A DNA stretch of 32,000 nucleotides. Origin: Candidatus Saccharimonadota bacterium (GTDB taxonomy: Bacteria; Patescibacteriota; Gracilibacteria; UBA4473). Position 1 is the first letter of the stretch, and each line of letters starts with the position of its first letter. Both the position numbers and the translations under genes were made by a program. The stretch is from the NCBI GenBank assembly GCA_963677105.1, contig OY781871.1:150001-182000 (forward strand), read 5' to 3'. Under the pieces are notes generated by a model. The model saw nothing but the letters and a program-made list of their open reading frames with translations, was not told where the DNA came from and did no database searches. Positions 14,917-23,880 of the stretch are shown one piece after another.

Positions 14917-17900
14917 TAAAGACGAACTACAAAGAGCTGTTTTCCCAACTCCCCCCATAGTGTCAAATTTCCAGAAATTTCCGTAACTTCCCGTTCCTCC
15001 TGAAAAAGTCCAACCATCACAGTCATTCGTATTATCTGTACTTGGAAACTTCGCCGCTCCGGTGCTAATCCAAACTTCTTGTCCGTCTAATGAAGTAACA
15101 TCTTCACTACTTATTGTGTAAAAAATCTCATCACTTGAACACATGTGACTTCCTGTATATTCATCATCACAAATAGCATGAGCTGCTTTATATCCAGTAA
15201 GTCCTCCTGTAAATGAAAGTGAGCCATTATAATTATCAGGAGTTCTTCCTACATATTTCGCTTGCTCATTTGCTACAACACTCGCCGCCAAGTCAGAAAC
15301 ATCTACTCCATCAACAGTTCCTGAAACCGCAATATCTCCACCAATTGTTGCATCTCCTGAAAGGAACAAGTCTTGCCATTCAGATGAACCTGATCCCAAA
15401 TCATATGCATTGGTTGCATTTGGAAGGAGATTATTTGCATTAACATTTGCGTCTACATTTAAAATTCCCGATAGAGTTCCTCCTGTTAACTGTAAATAAT
15501 CAGAATCATGATTGTGCGTACCACTCACTTTTGAGGCTAAATCTGTTTCAATATCTTCTAATCGCAAATCTACTGATCCAAATATTCCACTGGCAGAAGA
15601 ATTTCGTGCTTCCAAAACTTCTGTTTCAACGGTTGTCGATCCTTGTCCCGCCCAAGTCGCTCCATCATAACCGACTAAAGTAACACCAGAAATAACTGGA
15701 GTAGAAGTACCAGATCCACTAACCATAGTAGCCTTGGCTCTTAAATCGGTACCAATATTGGTGAATTCCCACATAGATCCAGGAGTAACTGGACCTTCCC
15801 AATTAGAACCCCCATCTGCTGTCAAATACCAAGTAATAGAATCACCAGCACCTGCTCCTCCACTATAATCAAATTTAGCCATAGTAAAGTCGGCTACAGA
15901 AGTAGCTAAAGTCTCTGTTTCAAAAGTATTAGAAGCCTCAAAAATTAACTGACTCTTCGACATGTGAGTGTCAGAATAATTAGAAAAATACCAATAGCCA
16001 TTATAATAATGCGGCTGCCAATGATAAGAAGATGTTTCTTCTGCGTTACCAGTGACTTTTCCTGTGTCAGATATAATAAAATACTCCTGAGCAGTTAAAT
16101 CATAAACTAAATATCCATAGGGCATACCACTCCAAGCACCAAGCCAAATTTGATTATTGATTCGAGCTATATCCCAACGAGTAACGGCTACTGGAATCTC
16201 ATCAATAATCTTATGAAATTCTAGTGAACCAGTAGTTTTAGATAATTTTTGCCAATTATTATAACCAGACAACCAAACAATGTCGGAATCCAAAGGATCT
16301 TGAAAAGAAGAATAAACATCATCATGATAAGTATTAATTCCTGGAGTAGTATCTGTGTCATAATGTTGAATTAACGTATCAGTGTCCATATCCCAAATAT
16401 AGAAACCATTAGAAGTAGACAGATGTAATTCATTACCATACGTCTCAGAAGCATAATATGTACCAGACACTAAACCATCTACAGAACCATAATCAGTAAA
16501 AGTGTCGGCTAACACATCATAAACCTGCATATAACCAGTAGTTGGGAAGGTGTAAATCTTCCCATCATAATATTCCATAGCACTATCAAATGATGTTCCA
16601 TGATTCAATGAATTTAAATCAGAATTTGAAGTAGTGAATTGAGTAACGGTATTAGAATCAATATCAATCTTAATCATTCCATTGTCATAACTATTATTCG
16701 TAGCATAAAGATCATTCCGTACCGGATCATAAGCCAAATGCTGCCAATAATTATTTGGTAGAGATGGGGTAGAAGCAGTCCACCATTCATTTGCTATGGT
16801 TTCAGTATCTAAATTAATAATTTTAATTCCATATCCATAGGTACCTAAATACATCTTATTTCCATAAATCAAAGTACCACCCATAGATCGAGAAGATCCA
16901 TAACCATAACTCAAACTTATTGTTTCCCAAGCACTATGATCATTTTGAATCGTACCTAATTGATTATTATAATAAGCGGTAGTATTAGCTGTTTTAACTT
17001 TGGAAGAATCCATGAAATTCTCACCAACTACGGTCGCATTACTCAAAATAGAAGAATAATTCGCAATAACACCATTAAATCGATCATTTAATGAAGCATA
17101 CGTACTTCGACCAGCGACCACCTCGTCCACACGATCTCCCGAAATCATTCCCGTGTTATCAATTACTGTCGTACTTCCCACTTTAAATCCTCCTGTTGCA
17201 CTTACTGTTCCTGTTGCAGAAATATCTCCTGTTGCACTTACGTCTCCAGTCAAACCAATTCCACTTGTACTTGTTATGCTAATTGGATTCGTTCCATCTC
17301 CAATGGTAAGCATTCCATCTGATTCAATGGAAGCTGCTGAAGAAAACTTTAAATTTCCTGCAATTTCCAACTTTTCACTCGGTGTCGTTGTCCCGATTCC
17401 TACATTTCCCGTTGCTGCATCAATTCTCATTGCCTCTTGCACACTTCCGTCATAATACTGAAAATAATAATCATTTCCTCCAAAATAAACGTGATCATGA
17501 TAATATTTTGCTCCGCTATCAAAACTAAGGAAGTTACTACTATCTAATCGAATATTTCCTTCCTCTATATCTAATTTTTCAGCTGGAGTCGCTGCTCCAA
17601 TTCCCACATTTCCATCTTCATCAATTATCATTCTCTCTGTTCCAGCCGTATCAAAACGTATTTTATCTTCATCGGTTGACTCTTCTACTTGAATTTTTGT
17701 ATCACTATCTGCATCTGTCATTGAATCTGATGATATACTTCCAAGCGCTCCTGTAACGAAAGCTGTTGTCGCAATCGAAGCATCATTATCTCCTGCTGTT
17801 GGTGTTTGTGATTGAGGATCTCCGGTGAATGTTGGACTTTCAAGAAATGCAAATGTTTTTCTCGTTGTATCTGGTGTAAAGAAGAGATCTGTCCCATCAA

Positions 17901-19578
17901 ATTCCATTACTCCCGCTTCTGGTGTAGTAAGATTTATTCCTGATGTGAATTTCAATGGAGCTGTACTTGCCGTGGCTGTTCCTGCTTTCAAATGAAGTGC
18001 TGCTGTTGGACTTGTCGTCCCGATTCCCACGTTTCCACTTCCCGTAATACGCATCTTCTCAGATGTAATCTCTGCCTCTGCTGTTGAAAAATATAAGGCC
18101 ACATCATCATCTAGGACCACATCATTTGTTTTTAATGCTCCAATTTCTACTTCCCCATTCGCCACTTTAAATGTTTGTTTTATACCTGTTCCTTCTGACC
18201 CTCCACCATTATGTAACTTTATCCCCCCTGAAATAGTTGATGCCGCTCCAACATACATTGAATAAGCGTAACTCTTATCTGCCTTATAGTCATGTGTCCC
18301 ACTAAAAATGGTTCCCTCAACATTTAAATGCGATTTTGCAGAAAGGACTGAACTTGCATCATTAACATTTAACCTTACATCACCATCGTCTCTCACCACA
18401 AAAACAGGGGCATCTGCACTATTTTTTATACTTAATCCATATGTAGAAGATGTTGTCCCCGCTCCTTTAATATCTAACTTTGCACCTGGACTCACCGCTC
18501 CAATTCCTACATTCGCGTCATTATCTACGACAAATGAATTCGTTCCATTAGATAAATCTAAAAGTGAACCTGTTCCTTCTTGCACTCCCCAAACTAATGG
18601 ATCTGATGTTGTAAACATTGCTGCTGACTGAGTATATGCTCCATCTGCATCTACAAAACCTCCTGCTGCAAACTCTGGAATATCTAACTCTGAACAGGCA
18701 CATGTTTGAGGACTTGCACTCGTCACAACTCCTGTCGATCCGGCTCCAGTACATTCTCCTGGTAATCCTGATGCTGTAACGGTACAAGCTTCATCCACAA
18801 CTCCATCACATCCATCAGTAGTGATTGTGTCTCCACTCAATAAGAAATATCCATCTGCACATGTTCGAGTAGAACAAGTAGTTGCATATAATACATTATC
18901 TTCTCCGGACACAGGAGTTACATTTTTTTGAACTTCACATGCTCCATCTGATCCCGTTCCTGTTCCATTACAATCAAGATATGAACTATGACAAACAGGG
19001 TCACAATCCGATTCATATTTAACGTGAGTTCCATAATCATCTCCACTATTTCCATAGAGAATCTCACAATCTGAAGTATCAGTATCACAGTTGGTGTATC
19101 CCGTCATACAATTCGTTGTTTCGCCCTGTATCCCCTCGTCACATGAGAAATGCCCTCCTTTTCCATCAACTCCTTGTTCACATTCCGTTGTTACATGTAA
19201 AGCTACACAAGTCGAATCCTCTTGACAAAACCAGTTTGCTGGCATTGTTGCTGGTGATGGCATACAAGAATTTGTCCCTAAACAATGATATACATATCCT
19301 CCGACACTTTCCGTTCCTCCATCTTTCCATCCATAATCTGCTGAACTTAGTGCTCCTGTAGCAGGAATATTCCCTGAAATATCTGCTGCTGTTGAACAAG
19401 TCGTTGTATTACACTGATACTGATCAATTGGACATTCTGCACTCGTTTCTTCAATTCCATTCACACAATTGGCTGGATCTGTGGCCCAATTATCTCCTGT
19501 AATTGCTGCCCACACAGTTCCATTCCCCCCAAGGAGAAGAACAGAAAAGATGAGACTGAACAATTTCTTATTCATCAT
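14896..19578 (-). CDS. Giant secreted fibre protein (1560 aa): signal peptide, Cys-rich N-terminal domain, tail-fibre-like shaft, inserted beta-propeller-like region plus beta-sandwich, C-terminal '...ACCK' domain
   Basis: Track ORF. MMNKKLFSLIFSVLLLGGNGTVWA is a signal peptide. Motifs: SSYLDCNGTGTGSDGACE, NVGIGTTSPTAALHLKAGTATASTAPLKFTSG, ESPTFTGDPQSQTPTAGDNDASIATTAFV, DTKIQVEESTDEDKIRFDTAG. A W/Y/D-rich repeat region follows (GNKMYLGTYGYGIKIINLDTETI..., DGKIYTFPTTGYMQVYDVLADTF...). It ends GYKAAHAICDDEYTGSHMCSSDEI...NDCDGWTF...SLKIACCK. Confidence 0.95.
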   Translation of the reverse strand: MMNKKLFSLIFSVLLLGGNGTVWAAITGDNWATDPANCVNGIEETSAECPIDQYQCNTTTCSTAADISGNIPATGALSSADYGWKDGGTESVGGYVYHCLGTNSCMPSPATMPANWFCQEDSTCVALHVTTECEQGVDGKGGHFSCDEGIQGETTNCMTGYTNCDTDTSDCEILYGNSGDDYGTHVKYESDCDPVCHSSYLDCNGTGTGSDGACEVQKNVTPVSGEDNVLYATTCSTRTCADGYFLLSGDTITTDGCDGVVDEACTVTASGLPGECTGAGSTGVVTSASPQTCACSELDIPEFAAGGFVDADGAYTQSAAMFTTSDPLVWGVQEGTGSLLDLSNGTNSFVVDNDANVGIGAVSPGAKLDIKGAGTTSSTYGLSIKNSADAPVFVVRDDGDVRLNVNDASSVLSAKSHLNVEGTIFSGTHDYKADKSYAYSMYVGAASTISGGIKLHNGGGSEGTGIKQTFKVANGEVEIGALKTNDVVLDDDVALYFSTAEAEITSEKMRITGSGNVGIGTTSPTAALHLKAGTATASTAPLKFTSGINLTTPEAGVMEFDGTDLFFTPDTTRKTFAFLESPTFTGDPQSQTPTAGDNDASIATTAFVTGALGSISSDSMTDADSDTKIQVEESTDEDKIRFDTAGTERMIIDEDGNVGIGAATPAEKLDIEEGNIRLDSSNFLSFDSGAKYYHDHVYFGGNDYYFQYYDGSVQEAMRIDAATGNVGIGTTTPSEKLEIAGNLKFSSAASIESDGMLTIGDGTNPISITSTSGIGLTGDVSATGDISATGTVSATGGFKVGSTTVIDNTGMISGDRVDEVVAGRSTYASLNDRFNGVIANYSSILSNATVVGENFMDSSKVKTANTTAYYNNQLGTIQNDHSAWETISLSYGYGSSRSMGGTLIYGNKMYLGTYGYGIKIINLDTETIANEWWTASTPSLPNNYWQHLAYDPVRNDLYATNNSYDNGMIKIDIDSNTVTQFTTSNSDLNSLNHGTSFDSAMEYYDGKIYTFPTTGYMQVYDVLADTFTDYGSVDGLVSGTYYASETYGNELHLSTSNGFYIWDMDTDTLIQHYDTDTTPGINTYHDDVYSSFQDPLDSDIVWLSGYNNWQKLSKTTGSLEFHKIIDEIPVAVTRWDIARINNQIWLGAWSGMPYGYLVYDLTAQEYFIISDTGKVTGNAEETSSYHWQPHYYNGYWYFSNYSDTHMSKSQLIFEASNTFETETLATSVADFTMAKFDYSGGAGAGDSITWYLTADGGSNWEGPVTPGSMWEFTNIGTDLRAKATMVSGSGTSTPVISGVTLVGYDGATWAGQGSTTVETEVLEARNSSASGIFGSVDLRLEDIETDLASKVSGTHNHDSDYLQLTGGTLSGILNVDANVNANNLLPNATNAYDLGSGSSEWQDLFLSGDATIGGDIAVSGTVDGVDVSDLAASVVANEQAKYVGRTPDNYNGSLSFTGGLTGYKAAHAICDDEYTGSHMCSSDEIFYTISSEDVTSLDGQEVWISTGAAKFPSTDNTNDCDGWTFSGGTGSYGNFWKFDTMGGVGKTALCSSSLKIACCK

Positions 19579-19595
19579 TTACAACAGGCTATTTT
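19545..19595. repeat. 51-nt junction segment identical to 14866..14916
   Basis: Direct comparison. It covers the signal-peptide codons of the downstream gene, the ATGATGA start/stop overlap, and the ...ACCK codons of the upstream gene. Confidence 0.95.
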
Positions 19596-22500
19596 GAAAC
19601 TCGAACTACAAAGAGCTGTTTTACCAACTCCTCCCATAGCTGAAAACTCCCAGAAGTTTCCATAATAACTACTTCCACCATCATGTAACCATCCGTTACA
19701 GTCGTTTGTATTATTCGCACTTGGATATTTGGCTGCTCCTGTACTTACCCATGCTTGTGTTCCATTCGTCCATGTGTAAGAAGACAAATTATTTATCGTA
19801 AAAAATATTTCATCTACTGAACACATATGACTATCCGCAAACGCTCCTCCTTCTGCATTACAAATCTCATTCGCTGCTTTATATCCCGTAAATCCTCCCG
19901 TATACGTAAATGCTCCATTGTATGTCCCCGCTGTTAATCCCACATACATTGGCATTACATTTACTCCATCAACAGTAAATGTTCCATCTGTCACATCTAC
20001 ATTTCCATCTGAATCAATTATCATCGCTGTACTTCCTTCTGTCGTAAGTGTAATTGTTCCATCTGATCCAGAATCTGTTACCACCACTGACGTATCTCCT
20101 TCGATAATAGAACTCGCTGATAAACCACTAATTACATTTTGCACAAAAGCTGTTGTTGCAATTTGTGTTGTATTTGTACTCGATCCTGCCGTTGGAGCAG
20201 TTGGAGTTCCCGTGAAATCCGGACTCTCAATAAACGCCAGTGTTTTTCTCGTTGTGTCTGGTGTAAAGAATAAGTCAGTTCCATCATATTCCATTACTCC
20301 CGCTTCTGGTGTAGTAAGATTTGTTCCCGCTGTAAATTTCAGCGGAGCCGTGTTTGCTGCTGTCGTTCCCGCTTTTAAGTGTAATGTTGCTGTTGGTGAA
20401 GTAGTTCCAATTCCTACTCTCCCCTCTGATTGGTCGACAAACAAATCATCTGTATAAACAGAAAAATCTCCCGATCCAGCAACTCTTGTCCCTCCACTGG
20501 CATTTGTAGGCGATAGATCAACACTATATCCTTTTAAAATATATCTTGACGATGAATCTGCTCCCATTTGCCAGTTTCCTCCAGAACTTCCTGTAAACTC
20601 AATGGTAAAGTCTCTGTCCGCCCCCCCATTATTTGCTGTTGCTTTAAATACGGGCGATGGATAGGCTAATTGTTCGCCAGCATCAATATGCAAAAAAGTT
20701 TCTGGTGTTGAAGTCCCAATCCCCACGTTTCCTTCGTCGGTTATTCTCATTCCCTCGGAAACTGTACCAAATGCCAGCGATCCAATTCCACTTCCTGAAG
20801 GTTTTCGAATTGCAGAAATGTATGCTGTAGTTATTCCTGAGGGATTTCCTGTAACATCAAAATTAATTCTCGCTTCAGCATTATCGGCTGTACTGTTTCG
20901 CTGAATTGTTAAAATATCTTGAGAACTCGTCGATGAAACATGTAAAGGATTCACCGGACTTGTCGTCCCGATTCCCACGTTTCCTTCTGGTTGCAACGCA
21001 ATATCTCCTACTCCACTTGCGATCTTGAAATATCCATCTCCTGCCCCAGTTCCTTCAAAGGACAAACTTCCCCACTCTGTATTATCTACATCTGGATCTG
21101 TAGCAGATTGAATAAAAAATGTCGGATTTGTTTTATTTCCGTGATCCGCATTTCTGTGACGATTTACATTTGTGGTTAAAACCAAAGAATTCCAAGGACT
21201 ATCCAATGCTAGGGAATTTGCTGATGTGCTTTCCATGTACCCAAGTGGAGTCTCTAAATAATTTCCAGTAATGTATGTAGCTCCATTGAAATGTGTAGAT
21301 CCATCAAAACTCACTTTCCCGTCAAATTCAGCATCTTCAGCAATATACAATTGTCTTTCTACTGCAACAGATTGATTTGGCGTTCCTGTTCCTATTTGCA
21401 ATTTTGCTGCTGGCGTTGTTGTCCCAATTCCTACATTTCCATCAACTACACGCAATGTATCTTGCAAGTTAACTTCTCCTACTTTCTTCACGCTCACATT
21501 ATCAATAGAAAATGTTCCTGTTCCATCCATATAAAAACTTATAAAACCTTCATAACCACCTGTCCCCACAGTACGATAAAAAACATTATGTCCGTCAGAA
21601 ATAGCACCGTATGTCGCAGCACCAACATCAAAATTCGCAGTTGCTCCTGTAATATTAGAGGCATCAAATTCTATCACCACATAATCTCCTGCATCTAATC
21701 CCAAATCTTGCCGTAAAGCACTGTATGCATCTCCACTAAAATTCGCTGTCGTCCCTCCTGGAATAGTCCAACCAGCACCCTTTGTCCAATCACTATCGGC
21801 AGCAAATGTTCCATTTGTAACAGTATCATTCCCAACTCCCAACGTAGCACTTCCCGCTACTTGCAGTTTTGATTCTGGTGCTGTCGTTCCTATTCCCACA
21901 TTTCCCGACAATCGATAAACATTTCCACTTCCTTCTGTCCAATCCGTATCAGCTCCCGCTGTCACTGCTTCTGTTACAAATGCCGTTGTTGCAATTTGTG
22001 TTGTATTCGTCGCCGGTGCTGCTGTTGGAGCCGTTGGAATTCCTGTCAAAGCAGCATTTGTAAACATCGTTGCCTTGCTCTCATTTGTCACATTTCCAAG
22101 ACCTACCATTGCCGAAGTAATTCCTGAAACCGTTCCAGTAAAAGTTGGAGAATTCGATGGCGCTTTCAAACTCAAAACAGTATCTAAATCGTCCAAAATA
22201 TCTTGCACATTAGTGCTATCTGAATTATCAAATTCATCCGTTGCCGTTACTTCTGATGCTGTTTGATCATCTGTTCCTGTATTTGAAAGTTCCGTTATTG
22301 TTTTACAGTTCAATCCATCTTCATCACAAAATCCTGTTGCATGAACACTTCCCGAAACCTGAACCGATTTATTTTGAATTCCTCCACTTCCATCTGATTC
22401 AGCATAAATTTTAAAAATATTTTCACTGTCCAACTGAACCGAAGCACTCATTTCTGTTCCAACTCCAGCAGAACTACTCACTGGCATATTGAAAATGGAC

Positions 22501-23090
22501 ACAGCACCTGAGTCTGTATCCGCTGTCAACGCACCAAGCAAAAGCGATGCTCCAAGCTCAATCGCTCCGTCTGCCGTCGCCCGAAACATATTCACCACTC
22601 CTGTCCCCGCACTATCTCGAGCCGAAATCCAAGAGTTATTATCCAATCGAATCTCTCCCGCTACATCCAATTTTGTTGTAGGAGTTATCGTTCCAATTCC
22701 CAATTTCCCGTCTACTATTGCCGCCCCTTGAAAACACTCTCCGGCCTCCACGGTGGTGTTGTCGTTGAAATCAACATGTGATGTTCCTGTCGGACATGTC
22801 CCCGTATCCGCAGTATAAGTCCCCAAACCAACAAGATCGTCTGTTAATCCTGCTGTTTTTTCATCTACAAAAATCTTTCTTGCTACATCAAGAATTGCAT
22901 TAAAGTCTGTTATGCTCAACGAATCACCGACACTTTTTGTCGGAATTTCAGAAGCATATGGTCCTGACAAATCTGCCGCACTTACTGGCGAACAAACAAG
23001 TAAAAGTCCCCCGATCCCAATTATTAGTTTTTTAAACTTTTTTTTGGGACCCACAGACAAAGTTGGGGGCGTGATTAACGTTTTTTTCAT
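19575..23090 (-). CDS. First gene of the locus. Secreted fibre protein (1171 aa) with no Cys-rich N-terminal domain, a CBM/galactose-binding-like segment, and the C-terminal '...ACCK' domain
   Basis: Track ORF. The N-terminus MKKTLITPPTLSVGPKKKFKKLIIGIGGLLLVCSPVSA is signal-like. AAAGGA lies 7 nt upstream of the ATG. Motifs: NSPTFTGTVSGI, IPTAPTAAPATNTTQIATTAFV, NGTFAADSDWTKGAGWTIPGG...FSIDNVSVKK, RVGIGTTSPTATLHLKAGTTAANTAPLKFTAG. It ends GYKAANEICNAEGGAFADSHMCSVDEI...NDCNGWLHD...SFKIACCK. Confidence 0.95.
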   Translation of the reverse strand: MKKTLITPPTLSVGPKKKFKKLIIGIGGLLLVCSPVSAADLSGPYASEIPTKSVGDSLSITDFNAILDVARKIFVDEKTAGLTDDLVGLGTYTADTGTCPTGTSHVDFNDNTTVEAGECFQGAAIVDGKLGIGTITPTTKLDVAGEIRLDNNSWISARDSAGTGVVNMFRATADGAIELGASLLLGALTADTDSGAVSIFNMPVSSSAGVGTEMSASVQLDSENIFKIYAESDGSGGIQNKSVQVSGSVHATGFCDEDGLNCKTITELSNTGTDDQTASEVTATDEFDNSDSTNVQDILDDLDTVLSLKAPSNSPTFTGTVSGITSAMVGLGNVTNESKATMFTNAALTGIPTAPTAAPATNTTQIATTAFVTEAVTAGADTDWTEGSGNVYRLSGNVGIGTTAPESKLQVAGSATLGVGNDTVTNGTFAADSDWTKGAGWTIPGGTTANFSGDAYSALRQDLGLDAGDYVVIEFDASNITGATANFDVGAATYGAISDGHNVFYRTVGTGGYEGFISFYMDGTGTFSIDNVSVKKVGEVNLQDTLRVVDGNVGIGTTTPAAKLQIGTGTPNQSVAVERQLYIAEDAEFDGKVSFDGSTHFNGATYITGNYLETPLGYMESTSANSLALDSPWNSLVLTTNVNRHRNADHGNKTNPTFFIQSATDPDVDNTEWGSLSFEGTGAGDGYFKIASGVGDIALQPEGNVGIGTTSPVNPLHVSSTSSQDILTIQRNSTADNAEARINFDVTGNPSGITTAYISAIRKPSGSGIGSLAFGTVSEGMRITDEGNVGIGTSTPETFLHIDAGEQLAYPSPVFKATANNGGADRDFTIEFTGSSGGNWQMGADSSSRYILKGYSVDLSPTNASGGTRVAGSGDFSVYTDDLFVDQSEGRVGIGTTSPTATLHLKAGTTAANTAPLKFTAGTNLTTPEAGVMEYDGTDLFFTPDTTRKTLAFIESPDFTGTPTAPTAGSSTNTTQIATTAFVQNVISGLSASSIIEGDTSVVVTDSGSDGTITLTTEGSTAMIIDSDGNVDVTDGTFTVDGVNVMPMYVGLTAGTYNGAFTYTGGFTGYKAANEICNAEGGAFADSHMCSVDEIFFTINNLSSYTWTNGTQAWVSTGAAKYPSANNTNDCNGWLHDGGSSYYGNFWEFSAMGGVGKTALCSSSFKIACCK

Positions 23091-23157
23091 TCGAAGATCC
23101 TTTCTTTAGAGGGGCAAAAAAACCTTCCCCGAGATTATCTCATGCAACTATAGAGTC

Positions 23158-23178
23158 GCGCAAACGATATATTCGCGC
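23158..23178 (-). promoter_or_regulatory. GC-rich hairpin in the putative 5' leader of the fibre operon
   Basis: The minus-strand RNA GCGCGAA-UAUAUCG-UUUGCGC forms a 7-bp stem with one G.U pair. On the plus strand that position is an A/C mismatch, so the fold favours the operon transcript. It is an isolated GC island in a very AT-rich region, ~70-90 nt upstream of ATG 23090. Confidence 0.3.
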
Positions 23179-23197
23179 ACACACACCTGTTCCTTAT

Positions 23198-23226
23198 ATA
23201 TATAAGTGAACACTTTTTGTATACAA
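23198..23226 (-). promoter_or_regulatory. Candidate sigma70-like promoter for the fibre operon (-35 TTGTAT, 17-nt spacer, -10 ATATAT/TATATA)
   Basis: Read on the minus strand: TTGTAT (23226..23221), ACAAAAAGTGTTCACTT, ATATAT (23203..23198). It lies ~110-135 nt upstream of ATG 23090. AT-rich context makes chance matches likely. Confidence 0.25.
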
Positions 23227-23229
23227 AAA
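23214..23229. promoter_or_regulatory. Perfect 16-bp palindrome TTTTTGTATACAAAAA (operator-like), overlapping the candidate -35
   Basis: The sequence is self-complementary. A second copy of the TTTTGTATACAAAA core lies exactly 50 bp away, centre to centre. Confidence 0.4.
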
Positions 23230-23263
23230 TAAACATATGCACACAAAATAAATCCTCGAATAA

Positions 23264-23278
23264 TTTTTGTATACAAAA
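23264..23278. promoter_or_regulatory. Second copy of the palindromic motif (perfect palindrome TTTTGTATACAAAA at 23265..23278)
   Basis: Same TTGTATACAA core as 23214..23229. A degenerate third site, tctgtacaaa, lies at ~23304..23313. Confidence 0.4.
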
Positions 23279-23838
23279 TAATGAAAATTTCCTGAATATT
23301 TTTTCTGTACAAACTTATTTTTTGATGAAATATTTTGATCAAATAATAGAAGTCTATTAAATAGAATTATTAAAATAAAAAAGTTTTAAAAAGTTTTTCA
23401 CTTTTTATATAAATTTTTAATGATATTTATATTAAAATTTCTAAAAAAACTCTCTATTTGTCAAAAATACAAAAAAATATTTTTATATACTTTTAAAAAA
23501 TAAGCACAAATAATTAAAAAATATATATATTAAAAAATATCGATAAAAACATTTATAACAATTAATCTTTGAACAAAAAAAATGAACGAGAATATAATTA
23601 ATATTCGAACTTAAGTACATTAAAACAAACTACAAACTTTTTCAACTAAAAACCAATTCTATAACATTTTTAGAAAAAATTTATGATTTTTTTTAAAACA
23701 AAAAATAAATATACAAATTAATTCATATATTTTAATATATATTTTATGAAAAATTTCATATCTAAATATTTAAAATAAATTTCGAAATTCTAAAAAAACA
23801 GCTAGATAAAAATCCTAAATACAACTGAATTTAAAAAC

Positions 23839-23866
23839 TTGAATTAAAAAAAAAGATATGTACACT
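23839..23866 (+). promoter_or_regulatory. Candidate promoter for the tRNA (-35 TTGAAT, 16-nt spacer, -10 TACACT)
   Basis: TTGAAT at 23839..23844 and TACACT at 23861..23866, 15 nt before the mature tRNA 5' end. The match is weak. Confidence 0.25.
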
Positions 23867-23880
23867 TCCGTCAGTTCTTC

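Noticed and set aside
5261-23090. Prophage or tail-fibre gene cluster of a (jumbo) phage, given the tail-fibre-like motifs.
   Set aside because: Every product has an N-terminal signal peptide. No capsid, portal, terminase, baseplate, tape-measure, integrase or lysis-cassette genes are visible in 32 kb. The similarity is at module level only.
23148-23342. The 64-aa ORF in the AT-rich region (MIKIFHQKISLYRKNIQEIF...).
   Set aside because: Its composition (I/K/Y/F-rich) is what AT-rich non-coding DNA yields. It overlaps the candidate promoter, operator and leader, has no ribosome-binding site, and has no recognisable motif.
23341-23880. The AT-rich 790-bp region as a replication origin.
   Set aside because: I could find no DnaA-box-like sequences (TTATCCACA or close variants) by eye. 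No dnaA or dnaN genes are nearby. Extreme AT richness alone is not diagnostic.
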